Counted from the stretch's first letter, positions 44,487 to 58,143 are shown. The stretch is 64,000 nucleotides of DNA from an uncultured bacterium (GCA_965662235.1 CBFIGY010000001.1:1-64000), one strand, 5' to 3'. Program-made: numbers and translations. Notes: generated by a model not told the origin, from the letters alone.

Positions 44487-45180
44487 TACTGGATTTCGGA
44501 AACGTCCAAGGACCCTGAAGTGTCGGGAAGTTCAAGGCGTCCTGAAGCTGAAGAAGGAATTCGCCCCGCGAGACCTCACGAGCGCCCATACTCAACAGAT
44601 GCGTGGTGGGCATCTGACAATCAATGAAACGTATTTGCAGGGAACGAGCCAACTCGCTCAACTGAACCAATGCAACCTTGGAGGCATTGCTTTCCAGGCT
44701 GAACATCGACTCGCCAAAGAACGCCCGTCCCAGCGAAACCCCGTACAGTCCCCCCACCAGCTGCCCGTCCCGCCAGCACTCAACCGAGTGCGCTAGGCCC
44801 TGGTGAAACAGCTCCGTATACGCCTCCTGCATCGACGTTGTGATCCAGGTGCCCTTTCCTTCCTCGAGCCGCAGCTCGGCACAGTGCCCAATCACTTCTG
44901 GGAATGCCGTGTCAACGCGAACCTCAAAGTACTCGCGTCGGAGCACCTTCCGGAGGCTCCGGGAGACGCGGACCTCTTCCGGATACAGCAGCAGGCGAGG
45001 ATTCGGACTCCACCAGAGGAGCGGTTGCCCTTCCTCATACCAGGGGAAGATGCCCCGCCGGTAAGCTTCAATGAGTCGAGGGGTCGACAGGTCTCCACCA
45101 ATCGCCAGCAAGCCGTCCGATTCCGCCTCCTGAGGGTCCGGAAACAGAGGCAGGTTTTTCATCAACCGGTAAACGGGCAT
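44455..45180 (-). CDS. aat: Leucyl/phenylalanyl-tRNA--protein transferase
   Basis: GLLAIGGDL, GIFPW, WWSPNPR, FFGESMFS, ASKVAL. Start at ATG 45180. Confidence 0.93.
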   Translation of the reverse strand: MPVYRLMKNLPLFPDPQEAESDGLLAIGGDLSTPRLIEAYRRGIFPWYEEGQPLLWWSPNPRLLLYPEEVRVSRSLRKVLRREYFEVRVDTAFPEVIGHCAELRLEEGKGTWITTSMQEAYTELFHQGLAHSVECWRDGQLVGGLYGVSLGRAFFGESMFSLESNASKVALVQLSELARSLQIRFIDCQMPTTHLLSMGAREVSRGEFLLQLQDALNFPTLQGPWTFPKSSNGSTEAETAH

Positions 45181-45201
45181 GGAGGAGGGAGGACGGTAGG
45201 A

Positions 45202-45223
45202 GTCCGGACCCAACGGTCCGGAC
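45202..45223. terminator. Hairpin downstream of sodB
   Basis: GTCCGGACC-CAAC-GGTCCGGAC. Confidence 0.45.
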
Positions 45224-45237
45224 CAAGAGGAGGGGGA

Positions 45238-45816
45238 TTAAGCGAACTGAGACGCGACGTAGTCCCAGTTGACCACGTTCCACCAGGACTCAATGTAGGC
45301 CGGGCGGGCGTTGCGCTTGTCCACGTAGTAGGCGTGCTCCCAGACGTCGAGGGTCAGGATCGCCTTCTGTCCGGAAGTCATGGGCAGTCCGGCGTTGCTG
45401 GTGTTGACGATCGCCAGTGAGCCGTCTTCCTGCTTCACCAACCACGTCCAGCCGGAGCCAAAGTTGCCGGCAGCCGACTTGGAGAACTGGTCCTTGAAGT
45501 CCGCGAAGGAGCCAAAGGCTGCGTTGATGGCATCTGCCAGCGCGCCCGTCGGCTCGCCTCCGCCGTTCGGGCCCATGCAGTTCCAGTAGAAGGTGTGGTT
45601 CCACACCTGTGCCGCGTTGTTGAAGACGCCTCCGGAGGAATTCATGATGATCTCTTCCAGGCTCTTGCCTTCATGCTCGGATCCGGACACCAGATTGTTC
45701 AGATTGGTGACATAAGCCTGATGGTGCTTGCCATAGTGAAACTCCAGGGTTTCAGCAGAAATGTGCGGCTCCAGGGCATTCTTGGCGTAGGGCAATTCGG
45801 GCAGAGTAAATGCCAT
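45238..45816 (-). CDS. sodB: Superoxide dismutase [Fe]
   Basis: HYGKHH, NNAAQVWNH (Fe-type AAQ), DVWEHAYY. ATG 45816 has a GAAGGAG RBS. Confidence 0.95.
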   Translation of the reverse strand: MAFTLPELPYAKNALEPHISAETLEFHYGKHHQAYVTNLNNLVSGSEHEGKSLEEIIMNSSGGVFNNAAQVWNHTFYWNCMGPNGGGEPTGALADAINAAFGSFADFKDQFSKSAAGNFGSGWTWLVKQEDGSLAIVNTSNAGLPMTSGQKAILTLDVWEHAYYVDKRNARPAYIESWWNVVNWDYVASQFA

Positions 45817-45901
45817 TTTGATCTCCTTCGATGAGGGGTTGAGTCGTGATCTATAGGGTAAAAGTTCCACCCAAAAGGATAGCCAGCAGGTGAGCAGGCT
45901 T

Positions 45902-46576
45902 TCAAGAGAAAACTTGGGCTGCGTGTTGGGTCTGGGCCAGATGAAGCAACTTTTGGGCGTCAAATCCGGAACAGCGCTGCGTTGGCAGGTCAATGACGGC
46001 GTGTGCCAGTTCTTGATAGCGACGCCGACGGGCGGCCAGCAATTGGGGGTAGCACCGGCGCAGTGCCACTTCCGGGGCTTCTTCCGGCTGAGGCTGATAC
46101 GCGCCGCCCCACACCACGGGTTTGGGATCCTCCAGAAACGTCTGGAGCATCTGCTGGTCCTGCTCCGGATCGCTGCTCAGGTAGATCATCTGAACCTGCT
46201 GCCGGAGCCGTTCAATGGAAACGGGTGAGAGGTAAATGAAGCTTCCGGTGGTGTCGATTACCACCGACTGCTCGGCAGGAAGGGCCTCGAGTCGCTCGCA
46301 CAGGGTATCGGTGATTTGCCCCTCCCAGCGCAGGTAGGTGGCTTCCGCCTCCGCATAGCGGTCGTCAAACGGATGCCCCATCCAGTCGGCCAGATCTCGG
46401 GTCGACTGCAGGTCCAGCTGGGCATGCTGCCGTAGCGCTTCTGCAATGAGCTCGTCGCAGCTCCAGCGCAGAAACCCCAGCGCCTCCAAGCGGTGCGACC
46501 AGTGGGACTTGCCCACACCCGACATCCCAACCAGCGCCACACGGCCTGATGACTTCACGGAGGCCTGCCTCATCAA
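45902..46576 (-). CDS. Shikimate-kinase-like P-loop protein
   Basis: ALVGMSGVGKS, VIDTTGS, C-terminal R..RY. Substrate uncertain. Confidence 0.6.
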   Translation of the reverse strand: MMRQASVKSSGRVALVGMSGVGKSHWSHRLEALGFLRWSCDELIAEALRQHAQLDLQSTRDLADWMGHPFDDRYAEAEATYLRWEGQITDTLCERLEALPAEQSVVIDTTGSFIYLSPVSIERLRQQVQMIYLSSDPEQDQQMLQTFLEDPKPVVWGGAYQPQPEEAPEVALRRCYPQLLAARRRRYQELAHAVIDLPTQRCSGFDAQKLLHLAQTQHAAQVFS

Positions 46577-46587
46577 ACCGGGGCCAC

Positions 46588-46974
46588 TCAGGCCAGAGGA
46601 ATCTGCAAAATGTCGAGGTACTGTTCATCATCCAAACGGAACAATCCCTGGACCTCCGATGAGATGCTTACCCGGACACGGTCCGGATCCAGTCCAATGA
46701 CCGAATGCGTGTCGCCTTCAATTCGCAGAAAGTACAGCAACGTGAGCTTGTCCTGCATCTCTTCGTAATGAAAGCCGATTTTGAGGGATTCTTTTTGGAT
46801 GAGGCGGGAGAGGAGGTGAGGCACTCGTTCGTCTGATTGCCCCGGGAGGGTCTTGAGAGCTTCAGTGTAGGGGAAGCTCCGAATGGCGTACTGTAGGATG
46901 ACCTCTTCCAGCCCTTGATCGAGGCGATGGTGAGTGGAAGCGGCGGCGGTCTGCAAAGCCTGATCGGTACTCAT
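46588..46974 (-). CDS. Hypothetical protein
   Basis: ATG with AAGGAG RBS and an AT-rich upstream region; family not recognised. Confidence 0.65.
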   Translation of the reverse strand: MSTDQALQTAAASTHHRLDQGLEEVILQYAIRSFPYTEALKTLPGQSDERVPHLLSRLIQKESLKIGFHYEEMQDKLTLLYFLRIEGDTHSVIGLDPDRVRVSISSEVQGLFRLDDEQYLDILQIPLA

Positions 46975-47149
46975 GAACTCCTTATCGGGAATGGTTCATG
47001 CCCCTCTTGACTTGAGGCTAATACCTGTAAAGTGTAACAGCATTTTTCAATTTTTAGCAAAGCCAAATTTTGGAGCCGGCCTCCTGATGGAGGAAACCTA
47101 CCCGCAGAAACGGCCCCACTCTGCCCCCTCCGGAGCCGGCTCAACGCGC

Positions 47150-50310
<3,161 letters not shown>

Positions 50311-50416
50311 AATCTAACTCGATTAGAGGACCAAAGAAGCCAGAAAACGCTAAGGGAACTCCACCTGCTTTGCAAGTTGTTTACGCCCTGTTTCTTGTGT
50401 GAAACGGCTGGACTCT

Positions 50417-51409
50417 TTACTCAGGAAGACAGGTTTCGTGCAAGCGCGCAAGCTCCTTGCGTTTCCCCAGCACAATCACCGTATCCTGCTCCTGGAGAAA
50501 GGTTTCTCCGCTGACGTCAAAGTGACGCTCGCCGTTCCGGATGACCGCCAGGATTTTGACAAAGCTGCTCAGGTGCAGCTCGCTCAACCGCTTCCCCGCA
50601 ATCGCTGAGCGCTCCGGGAGCTCAATCTGATCCAGCGCCCAATCGTCGTTTTCAATGTCGAGGGCAAACCCAAGGAAGTCCATCACATCTGGACGGAGCA
50701 GCGTGTGCACCACCTGGAAGCCCCCCAGCTCAAACGGCGACAGCACCCGGTTGGCTCCTGCCCGGACCAGTTTTTTTTCCATCATCGGCTCTGAAGCCCA
50801 GGCCACAATGTTGAGATGCGGGTTGAGCTGACGGGCTGAGAGTACCAGAAACGCGTTATCCGCGTCATCACCCAAAATCGCAATCAGCCCCTTTGCCTTG
50901 TCGATGCCGGCCTGAGCCAAGCAGTGATCGTCTGTGGCATCACCGTGGATGCTCAGCAGCTCCAGCTCCTCAGTATCCCCAATCCGCTCAGACGCGTTCT
51001 CAATGACCACAAAGGGAATCCGGTGGTTCAGCAACTGGCGGCACACCGCTCGTCCCTTGCGTCCCAATCCACAAACGATGTAGTGGCCTTCAAGTTGTTT
51101 CATGTAACGCTCTTTCTTGAGTTTTCGCCACAGCGCATGCACCCCGCCTTCGGTGATGAAGGAAAAGACCGACGCAATTGAGTAGGCCACGGTTCCTAGG
51201 CTGATGAAGATCAGGCCAATGGTAAACATCCGCCCCCCAAAGCTCAGGGGCTGGGTCTCTCCGTATCCGACCGACGAGATCGTGATGATCGTCATGTAGA
51301 GCGCATCCTGCCAGGCCCACCCTTCAATGAGGATGTACCCCACGGATCCGGTAATCACCACAATCGGGGGCAGCAGCGTCAGCCAGAGCAGTCGTCCAAA
51401 GATCATCAC
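50417..51409 (-). CDS. Potassium channel with TrkA-N/TrkA-C (RCK) domains
   Basis: Pore motif TISSVGYG, GLGRKG Rossmann motif, GDATD. Confidence 0.88.
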   Translation of the reverse strand: MMIFGRLLWLTLLPPIVVITGSVGYILIEGWAWQDALYMTIITISSVGYGETQPLSFGGRMFTIGLIFISLGTVAYSIASVFSFITEGGVHALWRKLKKERYMKQLEGHYIVCGLGRKGRAVCRQLLNHRIPFVVIENASERIGDTEELELLSIHGDATDDHCLAQAGIDKAKGLIAILGDDADNAFLVLSARQLNPHLNIVAWASEPMMEKKLVRAGANRVLSPFELGGFQVVHTLLRPDVMDFLGFALDIENDDWALDQIELPERSAIAGKRLSELHLSSFVKILAVIRNGERHFDVSGETFLQEQDTVIVLGKRKELARLHETCLPE

Positions 51410-52380
51410 ACGGCTCCGGCATCACGCGTCCAGCGCGCCAGCACCCGCTGCAGGCATTCCGGAGGACACAGAAACTGCTCGGCCTTGGGGGGCACCAGAA
51501 CCTCATGACGCTCCCAGCCCCCAGCGTGTGCCAACTGCTCATAACAGCCCCCTCCGCTCTTCCGGACCGGGCGGATCTCCAGCACCCGCACCGACCGAGG
51601 CGCAAACAGTAAGTTGGTCAATCCGGCTCCGTGAGGCGCCACGATCCACTCGGCTTCCCGAAACAAACGCACCTGCTCCGGAATCGGATACGCCTCCAGC
51701 TGCACCGGTCGCACATCAAACGCCTCCAGAACCGGCAACAGCTCGGCCTCATTGACCAAGTGACGCCGAGTTGCCTGCGCCCGGGAGAGGTAGAGCCGCC
51801 GTCGGCCCGTTCCTCTCCGTGAAGGCACCTGCTTCTGAAAGAAGGCCCGGAGCTGCGCCACCTTCGCAGCAGACCATTCAGGGGTCGATTCTTCTGGGAT
51901 CACCAAGGCTTCCGGAACCCACGCGCCGGGAGCCAGCCGCTGCACCGCCCATCCGGACGAGTGGAGGAAGGTTTCAAACGGTTCCGGCCAGTCCGGACGG
52001 ACCAGCACCGGAAAGCAGGGGGCGCGGAGTAGGTGGGGCATCAGGTCAGAAAGAAAGTGGTAGTAACTGTTCATGTGCGGGTGCAGGCCCCAGTGAAAGG
52101 TCCCGGGCAGCAGCGACGCTTCTGCTCGCTGAGGAAGCGGTTCACTCAAACGCCAGCCCATGTGCCGATGGGCCGCGCCGTGGGTTGGGTTCTGTTCCGG
52201 ATGCCGGCGGCTCCACCGGAAGCGCTGGAAGTGAAACCACAGCTCCTCCTCCGTGCACACCAGACCATCTGGACTGGAAACCAGCGGCCCCTGCAGCGTC
52301 AGCCCCACCTCCGGGATCTGCCGGCTTTTGCGTTGCACGTCTTGGGGAAATTTTGCACCCTGACTCTTTTCCGCCTCCAC
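51406..52380 (-). CDS. Glycosyltransferase family 61 (DUF563) protein; start uncertain
   Basis: NSYYHF, LYLSR..RRHLVNE, APHGAGLTN. Confidence 0.75.
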   Translation of the reverse strand: MEAEKSQGAKFPQDVQRKSRQIPEVGLTLQGPLVSSPDGLVCTEEELWFHFQRFRWSRRHPEQNPTHGAAHRHMGWRLSEPLPQRAEASLLPGTFHWGLHPHMNSYYHFLSDLMPHLLRAPCFPVLVRPDWPEPFETFLHSSGWAVQRLAPGAWVPEALVIPEESTPEWSAAKVAQLRAFFQKQVPSRRGTGRRRLYLSRAQATRRHLVNEAELLPVLEAFDVRPVQLEAYPIPEQVRLFREAEWIVAPHGAGLTNLLFAPRSVRVLEIRPVRKSGGGCYEQLAHAGGWERHEVLVPPKAEQFLCPPECLQRVLARWTRDAGAV

Positions 52381-52397
52381 CTGATCGACCTCTCCGC

Positions 52398-52937
52398 ATG
52401 AACGAAGTCATTCTCTACACCGCCGTCAGCCTCGACGGCTTCATTGCGCCTGAAGACGGCTCCCTCGACTGGCTTGAGGCACCAGAGTACCAGACTCCAG
52501 AGGTCCGTCAGGAAGACTTTGGTTACGGGAACCTGCTCAAGCACACGGCGCTCCTAGCGGTGGGACGCCTCACCTACGACCAGATCGCCCAACAGGGACA
52601 GTGGAATTACCCGGACCAGGAAACCGTCGTCTTCTCCCACCAGACGCTCTCCGGACTCCCCGCGTCAGTGACCCAGGCATCCGGACCGCTGGTTCAGCAA
52701 GTCGACCGTTGGAAGCAAGACCTGAAGGGGAACATCTGGCTGGTGGGCGGCGGCGTGCTCAATGGAGCCTTTCTCCGAGAACACCTCATCGACCGCCTCA
52801 TCCTCACCGTTTTGCCAGTAACGCTGGGAATGGGGCGACCTCTGTTTGCGCACGAGCCCCGTCCACACCACTGGACCCTGTGCCGCCAGCAGGCGTGGTC
52901 CAACGGCTTTACTCAGCTGGAGTATGTGCCCCGCTAG
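52398..52937 (+). CDS. Dihydrofolate reductase / RibD C-terminal family protein
   Basis: AVSLDGFIA, GRLTY, IWLVGGG, LPVTLGMGRPLF. Start at ATG 52398. Confidence 0.88.
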   Translation: MNEVILYTAVSLDGFIAPEDGSLDWLEAPEYQTPEVRQEDFGYGNLLKHTALLAVGRLTYDQIAQQGQWNYPDQETVVFSHQTLSGLPASVTQASGPLVQQVDRWKQDLKGNIWLVGGGVLNGAFLREHLIDRLILTVLPVTLGMGRPLFAHEPRPHHWTLCRQQAWSNGFTQLEYVPR

Positions 52938-54546
52938 GTTCGTCCGCCAAGCCGCCTGGTTTTGGGGAGCGCTGCTTTGGAGCACCGGCGGAGCTGCCGG
53001 AAAGAGCCCCCACGTGCTTCCGGAAGCCGCCTTTCCCTTTACGATCCAGGATCGGACTCCCACTCAACCGGCGCCCGGAGACCAAGCGGAGCTAACACTG
53101 GCGCTGACCTCCGACCTGCATGGTTCTCTGCACGGAGGCTCCTCTCGGAAACCACGAGGCCTCCTGCACCTCGCGGCGCCGCTGAAACGCCTGAGGCAGC
53201 AGCACCCTGACCTGATTTTGCTGGATGGTGGCGACACCCTTCAGGGAGGCCTCACCAACGCCTACCTCCGCACCCATCCCCACCCAACGCTGCCCATCAT
53301 CACCCTGATGAACGCCCTTGGCTACTCCGCCACGGTGCTGGGCAACCACGACCTCGAGCCGCCTTCCAAGCTGCTTCAGCAGGCCCTCCGGCAATCGCAC
53401 TTCCCGTGGCTGGGCGCCAACGTCGTTTCAGCGTCATCGGGGCAACGGCTGCTACCGCCCTACCGCGTCTTTGAGCGCCAAGGCGTCCGGATGGGCGTGG
53501 TGGGGTTGACCACACCTGGCATCCCCCTCTGGGTGGATCCGGAGCAACGGGCTGGCCTCAACTTCCAGGACCTGCTGGAGAGCCTGAAGCCGTGGGTCAC
53601 CGTACTCCACGAGCGGGAAAAGGTCGATGTCCTCCTCGCCCTCCTCCATAGCGGTGAACGCACCGATTATGATCGCTGGCCGGCCCTTGCAGAAGGACTC
53701 CCGGATCCCAATGCTGCCGGGCTAGTGGCTGACACCGTGGCCGGGGTGGATGTCGTTGTTTCCGGACACGCCCACCGGATCTTCCCACGGCGACCAACCA
53801 CCCGCCTAACGCAGTTTCGGCACCCGCTGGTTTCTCCGGGAAGCCTCGCGCAGGGCCTCATGGTGCTCCACCTGACGCTCCACGAACAGCACCAACGGTG
53901 GCAACTGACTCAGGTGCAGGCACACTGGGAACCGGCGGCCTCGCATCCGGACCCGATGCTGCAGGCGCTGGTGCAGGAAGAACAAGCCCGAGCGCAAGCA
54001 TGGGCTGATGCAGAAACAGCCTGGCGCTTCCGGGAGGTTCCTCAGGCCCAGCAGCTCAATGAGTGTGGCGCTCGCCTTCAGCACCTCGCCGTCGTCGAAG
54101 CACTGGGCGGGACCGCCAGCCTCCTCCCTGCGACGTGGTTTGGATTTCGCCTTCCTCAAAAAGACCTTCATCAGCCTGTCCGGAGACGGCACCTGCTGCG
54201 CTGGATCCGTTATGACAACACGCTGGTGCAGGCTCAGCAAACACGGCACCAGCTGGAGATCTGGCAGCAGCCGTTTCAGCGCTGGAAGGCAGGAAAGTCT
54301 GTCAGAGGCAGCACCGTCCTCTCACCCCAAGGACTGGAAGAGGTGCCTCCGGAGGGCACTACGGTCTGGCTGACCAACTACCACTGGAACGGTGGAGGTG
54401 GACTGGGCGCCCGGACGCTTCGGCACCCCAGCCAGGTGCAGCGACAGGATCAGACGCTGCTGCGGGAGCGGGTCTTTGCCTTCCTCCAGCAGCCTCGTCG
54501 GAACCTGCCTGCCGCCTGTTCGTTCCTGGAGCCTCAGCTGCCTTGA
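52924..54546 (+). CDS. Metallophosphoesterase, 5'-nucleotidase / CpdB-like
   Basis: SDLHG, DGGDTLQG, GNHD, HSG, GHAH calcineurin-like motifs. Confidence 0.8.
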   Translation: MCPARFVRQAAWFWGALLWSTGGAAGKSPHVLPEAAFPFTIQDRTPTQPAPGDQAELTLALTSDLHGSLHGGSSRKPRGLLHLAAPLKRLRQQHPDLILLDGGDTLQGGLTNAYLRTHPHPTLPIITLMNALGYSATVLGNHDLEPPSKLLQQALRQSHFPWLGANVVSASSGQRLLPPYRVFERQGVRMGVVGLTTPGIPLWVDPEQRAGLNFQDLLESLKPWVTVLHEREKVDVLLALLHSGERTDYDRWPALAEGLPDPNAAGLVADTVAGVDVVVSGHAHRIFPRRPTTRLTQFRHPLVSPGSLAQGLMVLHLTLHEQHQRWQLTQVQAHWEPAASHPDPMLQALVQEEQARAQAWADAETAWRFREVPQAQQLNECGARLQHLAVVEALGGTASLLPATWFGFRLPQKDLHQPVRRRHLLRWIRYDNTLVQAQQTRHQLEIWQQPFQRWKAGKSVRGSTVLSPQGLEEVPPEGTTVWLTNYHWNGGGGLGARTLRHPSQVQRQDQTLLRERVFAFLQQPRRNLPAACSFLEPQLP

Positions 54547-54564
54547 AGAAGCACGCCCGGAGGA

Positions 54565-55755
54565 TCAGGTGGTGTAGTCGGCGTTGATCGTGACGTAGTC
54601 GCGAGAGAGGTCACATCCCCAGACTCGTTCCTGATGCGTTCCGGTGCCCACCACCAACTCAATCGGCACATCTTCTTGCTGCAACAAGGCCCCCACGCCC
54701 TCGAGGTCGGCGGTTCCGTCTTCCATGCTGGCAGCATCAATGGCCAGCCGGTTTGGTTCACGCCCAAAGAGGATCCTCAGCTCCTCCCGCTGCACCGGGT
54801 GGTCAAATGCCTTCCCAATCGCCATCACAAAACGCCCCCAGTTTGGATCAGCGCCGTGAATGGCCGTTTTGATGAGCGGTGAGTTGATGACCGTCTTTGC
54901 AATCGTCAGGGCCATCTCTGGACTGTGTGCTCCGGAAACCGTCAGCTCAATGAGCTTGGTGGCTCCTTCGCCATCTCGGGCCAGCTTACGGGCCAGCACC
55001 TGCGTCAGTTCCTCAAGGGCCTGTTCAAACGCTTCCAGATCAACAGGACCTGCAGCCCCGCTTGCCATCAGCACCACCGTGTCGCTCGTCGAAGTATCGG
55101 AGTCCACCGAGACCCGGTTGAAGCTCTTGTCCACGACACGCTTGAGCATCGGCTGCAGCGTGCCTTCCGGAAGCTCAGCATCGGTCACCAGGTAGCTGAG
55201 CATGGTCGCCATGTTGGGTTCAATCATGCCAGACCCCTTCGCCACACCCAGCAAGGTGGCGTCTCCAACCTTTGCCGTCGCCCACTTAGGAACGGTGTCT
55301 GTGGTCATGATTGCTCGGGCGAATTGCTCAATGTGCGCCGGAGTCGAGCCCAGGCTCGGGGCAATCCGGGAGAAGCCACTGCGGATGCGTTCCATGGGAA
55401 GGCGCCGGCCGATCACGCCGGTTGACGAGGGCAGCACCTGTTCCGGAGCCACGCCCAGGGCTTCGGCCACGCCACGGCACATTTCCTGAGCATCGGCAAT
55501 GCCGCCCTGCCCAGTGGCCACATTGGCGTTCTTCGAGTTCACCACCACCGCCTGCAGACGTCCGGAAGCCACATGCTCGCGTCCGACCCAAATGGGCGCG
55601 CCCGGCATGGTGCTCCGCGTAAAGACGGCCGCTGCATGGCAAAGGCGATCCGCCGCCAGCACTCCAAAGTCCAGGGTCTCGTCCTTGATCCCCAAATTTA
55701 TTCCCATCCACCGAAATCCTCGGACTTCTACCAGTGGCGAATTCTCCAAAAACAT
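54565..55755 (-). CDS. argJ: Glutamate N-acetyltransferase / ornithine acetyltransferase
   Basis: STGVIG, IMTTDT, KGSGMIEPNMATML, DGEGATK, PNWGR, INADYTT. Confidence 0.94.
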   Translation of the reverse strand: MFLENSPLVEVRGFRWMGINLGIKDETLDFGVLAADRLCHAAAVFTRSTMPGAPIWVGREHVASGRLQAVVVNSKNANVATGQGGIADAQEMCRGVAEALGVAPEQVLPSSTGVIGRRLPMERIRSGFSRIAPSLGSTPAHIEQFARAIMTTDTVPKWATAKVGDATLLGVAKGSGMIEPNMATMLSYLVTDAELPEGTLQPMLKRVVDKSFNRVSVDSDTSTSDTVVLMASGAAGPVDLEAFEQALEELTQVLARKLARDGEGATKLIELTVSGAHSPEMALTIAKTVINSPLIKTAIHGADPNWGRFVMAIGKAFDHPVQREELRILFGREPNRLAIDAASMEDGTADLEGVGALLQQEDVPIELVVGTGTHQERVWGCDLSRDYVTINADYTT

Positions 55756-55885
55756 GGCACCCTTGTGTCGCATTGATTGAGCTTATCAGAAAGGCGCCTC
55801 CCGGACTCCGGAGTTCCTCTGAATCCAGGCACCAGCGCTGCCGCCCTCAGTCGTTTTCTGAAACCGAACCGGCACCACGTCCCTC

Positions 55886-57115
55886 ATGGCCACACCCCTT
55901 CCTGAAGACCTCCAAACTTACGGCATTTCCGACAAACACTACAAGCGGAAGCTCAAGGAGATGACGAAAAAGGATGGGAAGGAACCCGATCCCGATTTGG
56001 TCATCGAGGCCCTCTTCCATGACCTCATCAAGGAGGCTCACAACTACGAGGTGCTGCAGGTGCTTTACTGGAACCTGGCGGTCTTCAAGGATTCCCGGGG
56101 AAAGGATTCGTGGAAGGAACAGCAGCACTCGCATCAGTGCCGCCTGAAGCAGCTTGAGGAATCCAACACGGAGAAGGTCAAGATTGTGGCCAGCGCCTGC
56201 TGCAACGAGTGCGCGAAGCTTCACAACCAGGTGGTCAAGCTCAGCAAGGCCCTCCGGACCCTGCCCATTCCCTACCGCAAGTGCGAGGGACACCTTAGCT
56301 CCGATCACCGCTGGTGCACCGCCCTCTACATGCCTGCTGAGCCCGATGCTCCAGAGTCTCCGAACCCACCACCAGCAGACCCGGATGTTCCAGAAGAACC
56401 CGAATTGGCAGATGACGGGGGACGGAGCGAAAAGGCCGGAGGTGCCGACCTGGCTGCCAGCGCTGCGGATGCGGCCCAAGCGGCGGCCCCTTATGCGCTG
56501 ACGGCGGCCGGTATTGCCGGAGGCGCCGCGCTGGCGCTACTGATGCCGCTGGGCGTGGGACTGCTTCCGGGCATTGCCCTAGCGGTGCTCAGCCTGAGCT
56601 TCATGCCACAAATCTGGCGTCCGCTGGCAATGCGCTTTCCAGCCCTCCAGGGCGAGTGGACCCGTCGAGGACTGTGGGGGCTGCTGCTCCTGCTCCTGCT
56701 CCTGCTGGCGCTGCTGCTGTTGCTGCTTGAAGAGCCCAAGAAGCCCTCCACCAACCTCAACACCCTTCCGAGCTACTCGGTCAGCAGCATGGAAGACCGG
56801 AGCGTCTCCACCCGCGCACGTCTGCAGGCAAGCATCCAGGCGCCGGAAGCGGCGACGCCTCAGGAATACGCCCGCTTGGCCGCCAAAGCCGCTCAGGACC
56901 TAGCCAACAAGCGCAACACCGATGGGAAGCCCTATGAGTTTGTGACCGTGGTGCTCGAAGGTCCGGACGGGAAACCCCTCGCTGTTGTGGACTATGCCCC
57001 GGACGGGAAGGGACGGGAAGGCATCATGAGCGATCGGCCTGAGAACCAGTACCAGTGGGACATCCGGGTGACCGATCCAAACACCGGGCAGCTCAACCAG
57101 ATGCTGAGACGGTAG
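55886..57115 (+). CDS. Hypothetical membrane protein with a Cys-rich N-terminal domain
   Basis: CCNEC...C...WC cluster, Pro/acidic linker, 2-3 TM segments, soluble C-terminal domain. Confidence 0.7.
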   Translation: MATPLPEDLQTYGISDKHYKRKLKEMTKKDGKEPDPDLVIEALFHDLIKEAHNYEVLQVLYWNLAVFKDSRGKDSWKEQQHSHQCRLKQLEESNTEKVKIVASACCNECAKLHNQVVKLSKALRTLPIPYRKCEGHLSSDHRWCTALYMPAEPDAPESPNPPPADPDVPEEPELADDGGRSEKAGGADLAASAADAAQAAAPYALTAAGIAGGAALALLMPLGVGLLPGIALAVLSLSFMPQIWRPLAMRFPALQGEWTRRGLWGLLLLLLLLLALLLLLLEEPKKPSTNLNTLPSYSVSSMEDRSVSTRARLQASIQAPEAATPQEYARLAAKAAQDLANKRNTDGKPYEFVTVVLEGPDGKPLAVVDYAPDGKGREGIMSDRPENQYQWDIRVTDPNTGQLNQMLRR

Positions 57116-57950
57116 GGTAGTAGTCTCGGAGCGGCAACTCCGGACGCTGCAGCCAGTTCCAGTCCGGATACGTGGCATCGCCCTCAATGACGTGCAGCGT
57201 GTAGGCGTGTCGGGTCCGGGGCGAGCGGTTGGCGTAGCTCATGTGCGGTAGCCGCCCGTGCAGCACCACCAAGGTGCCCTGTTCCACCTCAAGGGGCACC
57301 AACTGATCCAGTTCCCACGGACGCTCATCCTTCACCTCAAACGTCACTCCGCCGGTGTCCTGTCGCTTGAACAGTGACTTCAGCGGGCCCTGGTGTCCTC
57401 CCGGAATGGCCCACAGGCAGCCGTTCTCCCGATCAGCTCGCTCCAGCGCAAACCAGAACCCCGTTACGCTGAGCGGGTCCGTGTAGAGAAACGTTCCATC
57501 CTGATGACACGTGACCTCGCCTCCGATGTAAGGCTGCTTGAAGATGTACATGGACTGCAGCATCTGCGGACGCTTCATCCCCAGCGCCTGCATCAGCGCC
57601 GCCAGTTCGGGTGTGTAGGAAAAGCGTTCAAACTCCGGATCCAGGTCGTGCTGGGCGTGCCCGATTTTGTTGATGGAGTGCGCCTTGGCCTGTCGCAGCT
57701 GCTGCGTCTCGTCAAAGGCCTCTTCCTCAAAGAAGAAGCGGATCTGCCCTCCGGAGGTCAGGAAGTAGTCGTCCGCCTGACGGGTCTGTTCGTTGGTCGT
57801 AAACAGGCTCCGGTGGGTGGTTGCGTCAAACGCCTCAACCAGCGACTCGGTGTGCGCCCGGAGGCGGTCGCAGGCTTCCGGAGAGACAAAGCCCGGGAGC
57901 ACCAGGAATCCTTGTTCAGCAAAACGGGCAGCGGCATCAGCAGGGATCAT
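57093..57950 (-). CDS. Phytanoyl-CoA dioxygenase (PhyH/PHYHD1-like) Fe(II)/2-oxoglutarate dioxygenase
   Basis: INKIGHA, QSMYIFKQP, HQD, ENGCLW, PHMSYAN..R. Confidence 0.88.
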   Translation of the reverse strand: MIPADAAARFAEQGFLVLPGFVSPEACDRLRAHTESLVEAFDATTHRSLFTTNEQTRQADDYFLTSGGQIRFFFEEEAFDETQQLRQAKAHSINKIGHAQHDLDPEFERFSYTPELAALMQALGMKRPQMLQSMYIFKQPYIGGEVTCHQDGTFLYTDPLSVTGFWFALERADRENGCLWAIPGGHQGPLKSLFKRQDTGGVTFEVKDERPWELDQLVPLEVEQGTLVVLHGRLPHMSYANRSPRTRHAYTLHVIEGDATYPDWNWLQRPELPLRDYYPTVSASG

Positions 57951-58143
57951 GGAATCAAGCGGCTTGCGTTCTTGTGCAGGGAGCATCGGGACCCGCCACG
58001 AGTGTTTGCGGGTTTTCCGAGAATGTGGCAAGGTAAGGCCGCCATTTAATCGCAGTTGGTTTCAGGACGCAAGGCTTCCTGCAACTGCCCTCTGTCACAC
58101 AGCGGCCCCCTCCCGTTGGGCTGTGGGTAACATTCCGGACCTC

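Noticed and set aside
51771..52397. Long Pro/Ala-rich N-terminal extension on the DHFR-like ORF
   Set aside because: Antisense to the GT61 gene; the real start is probably ATG 52398. Similar over-extensions were trimmed for phaA, cysS, fusA, dctD, sodB and the REC gene.
56680..56728. CTG/CTC-rich low-complexity run
   Set aside because: It encodes a poly-Leu TM helix, not a contingency repeat or array.
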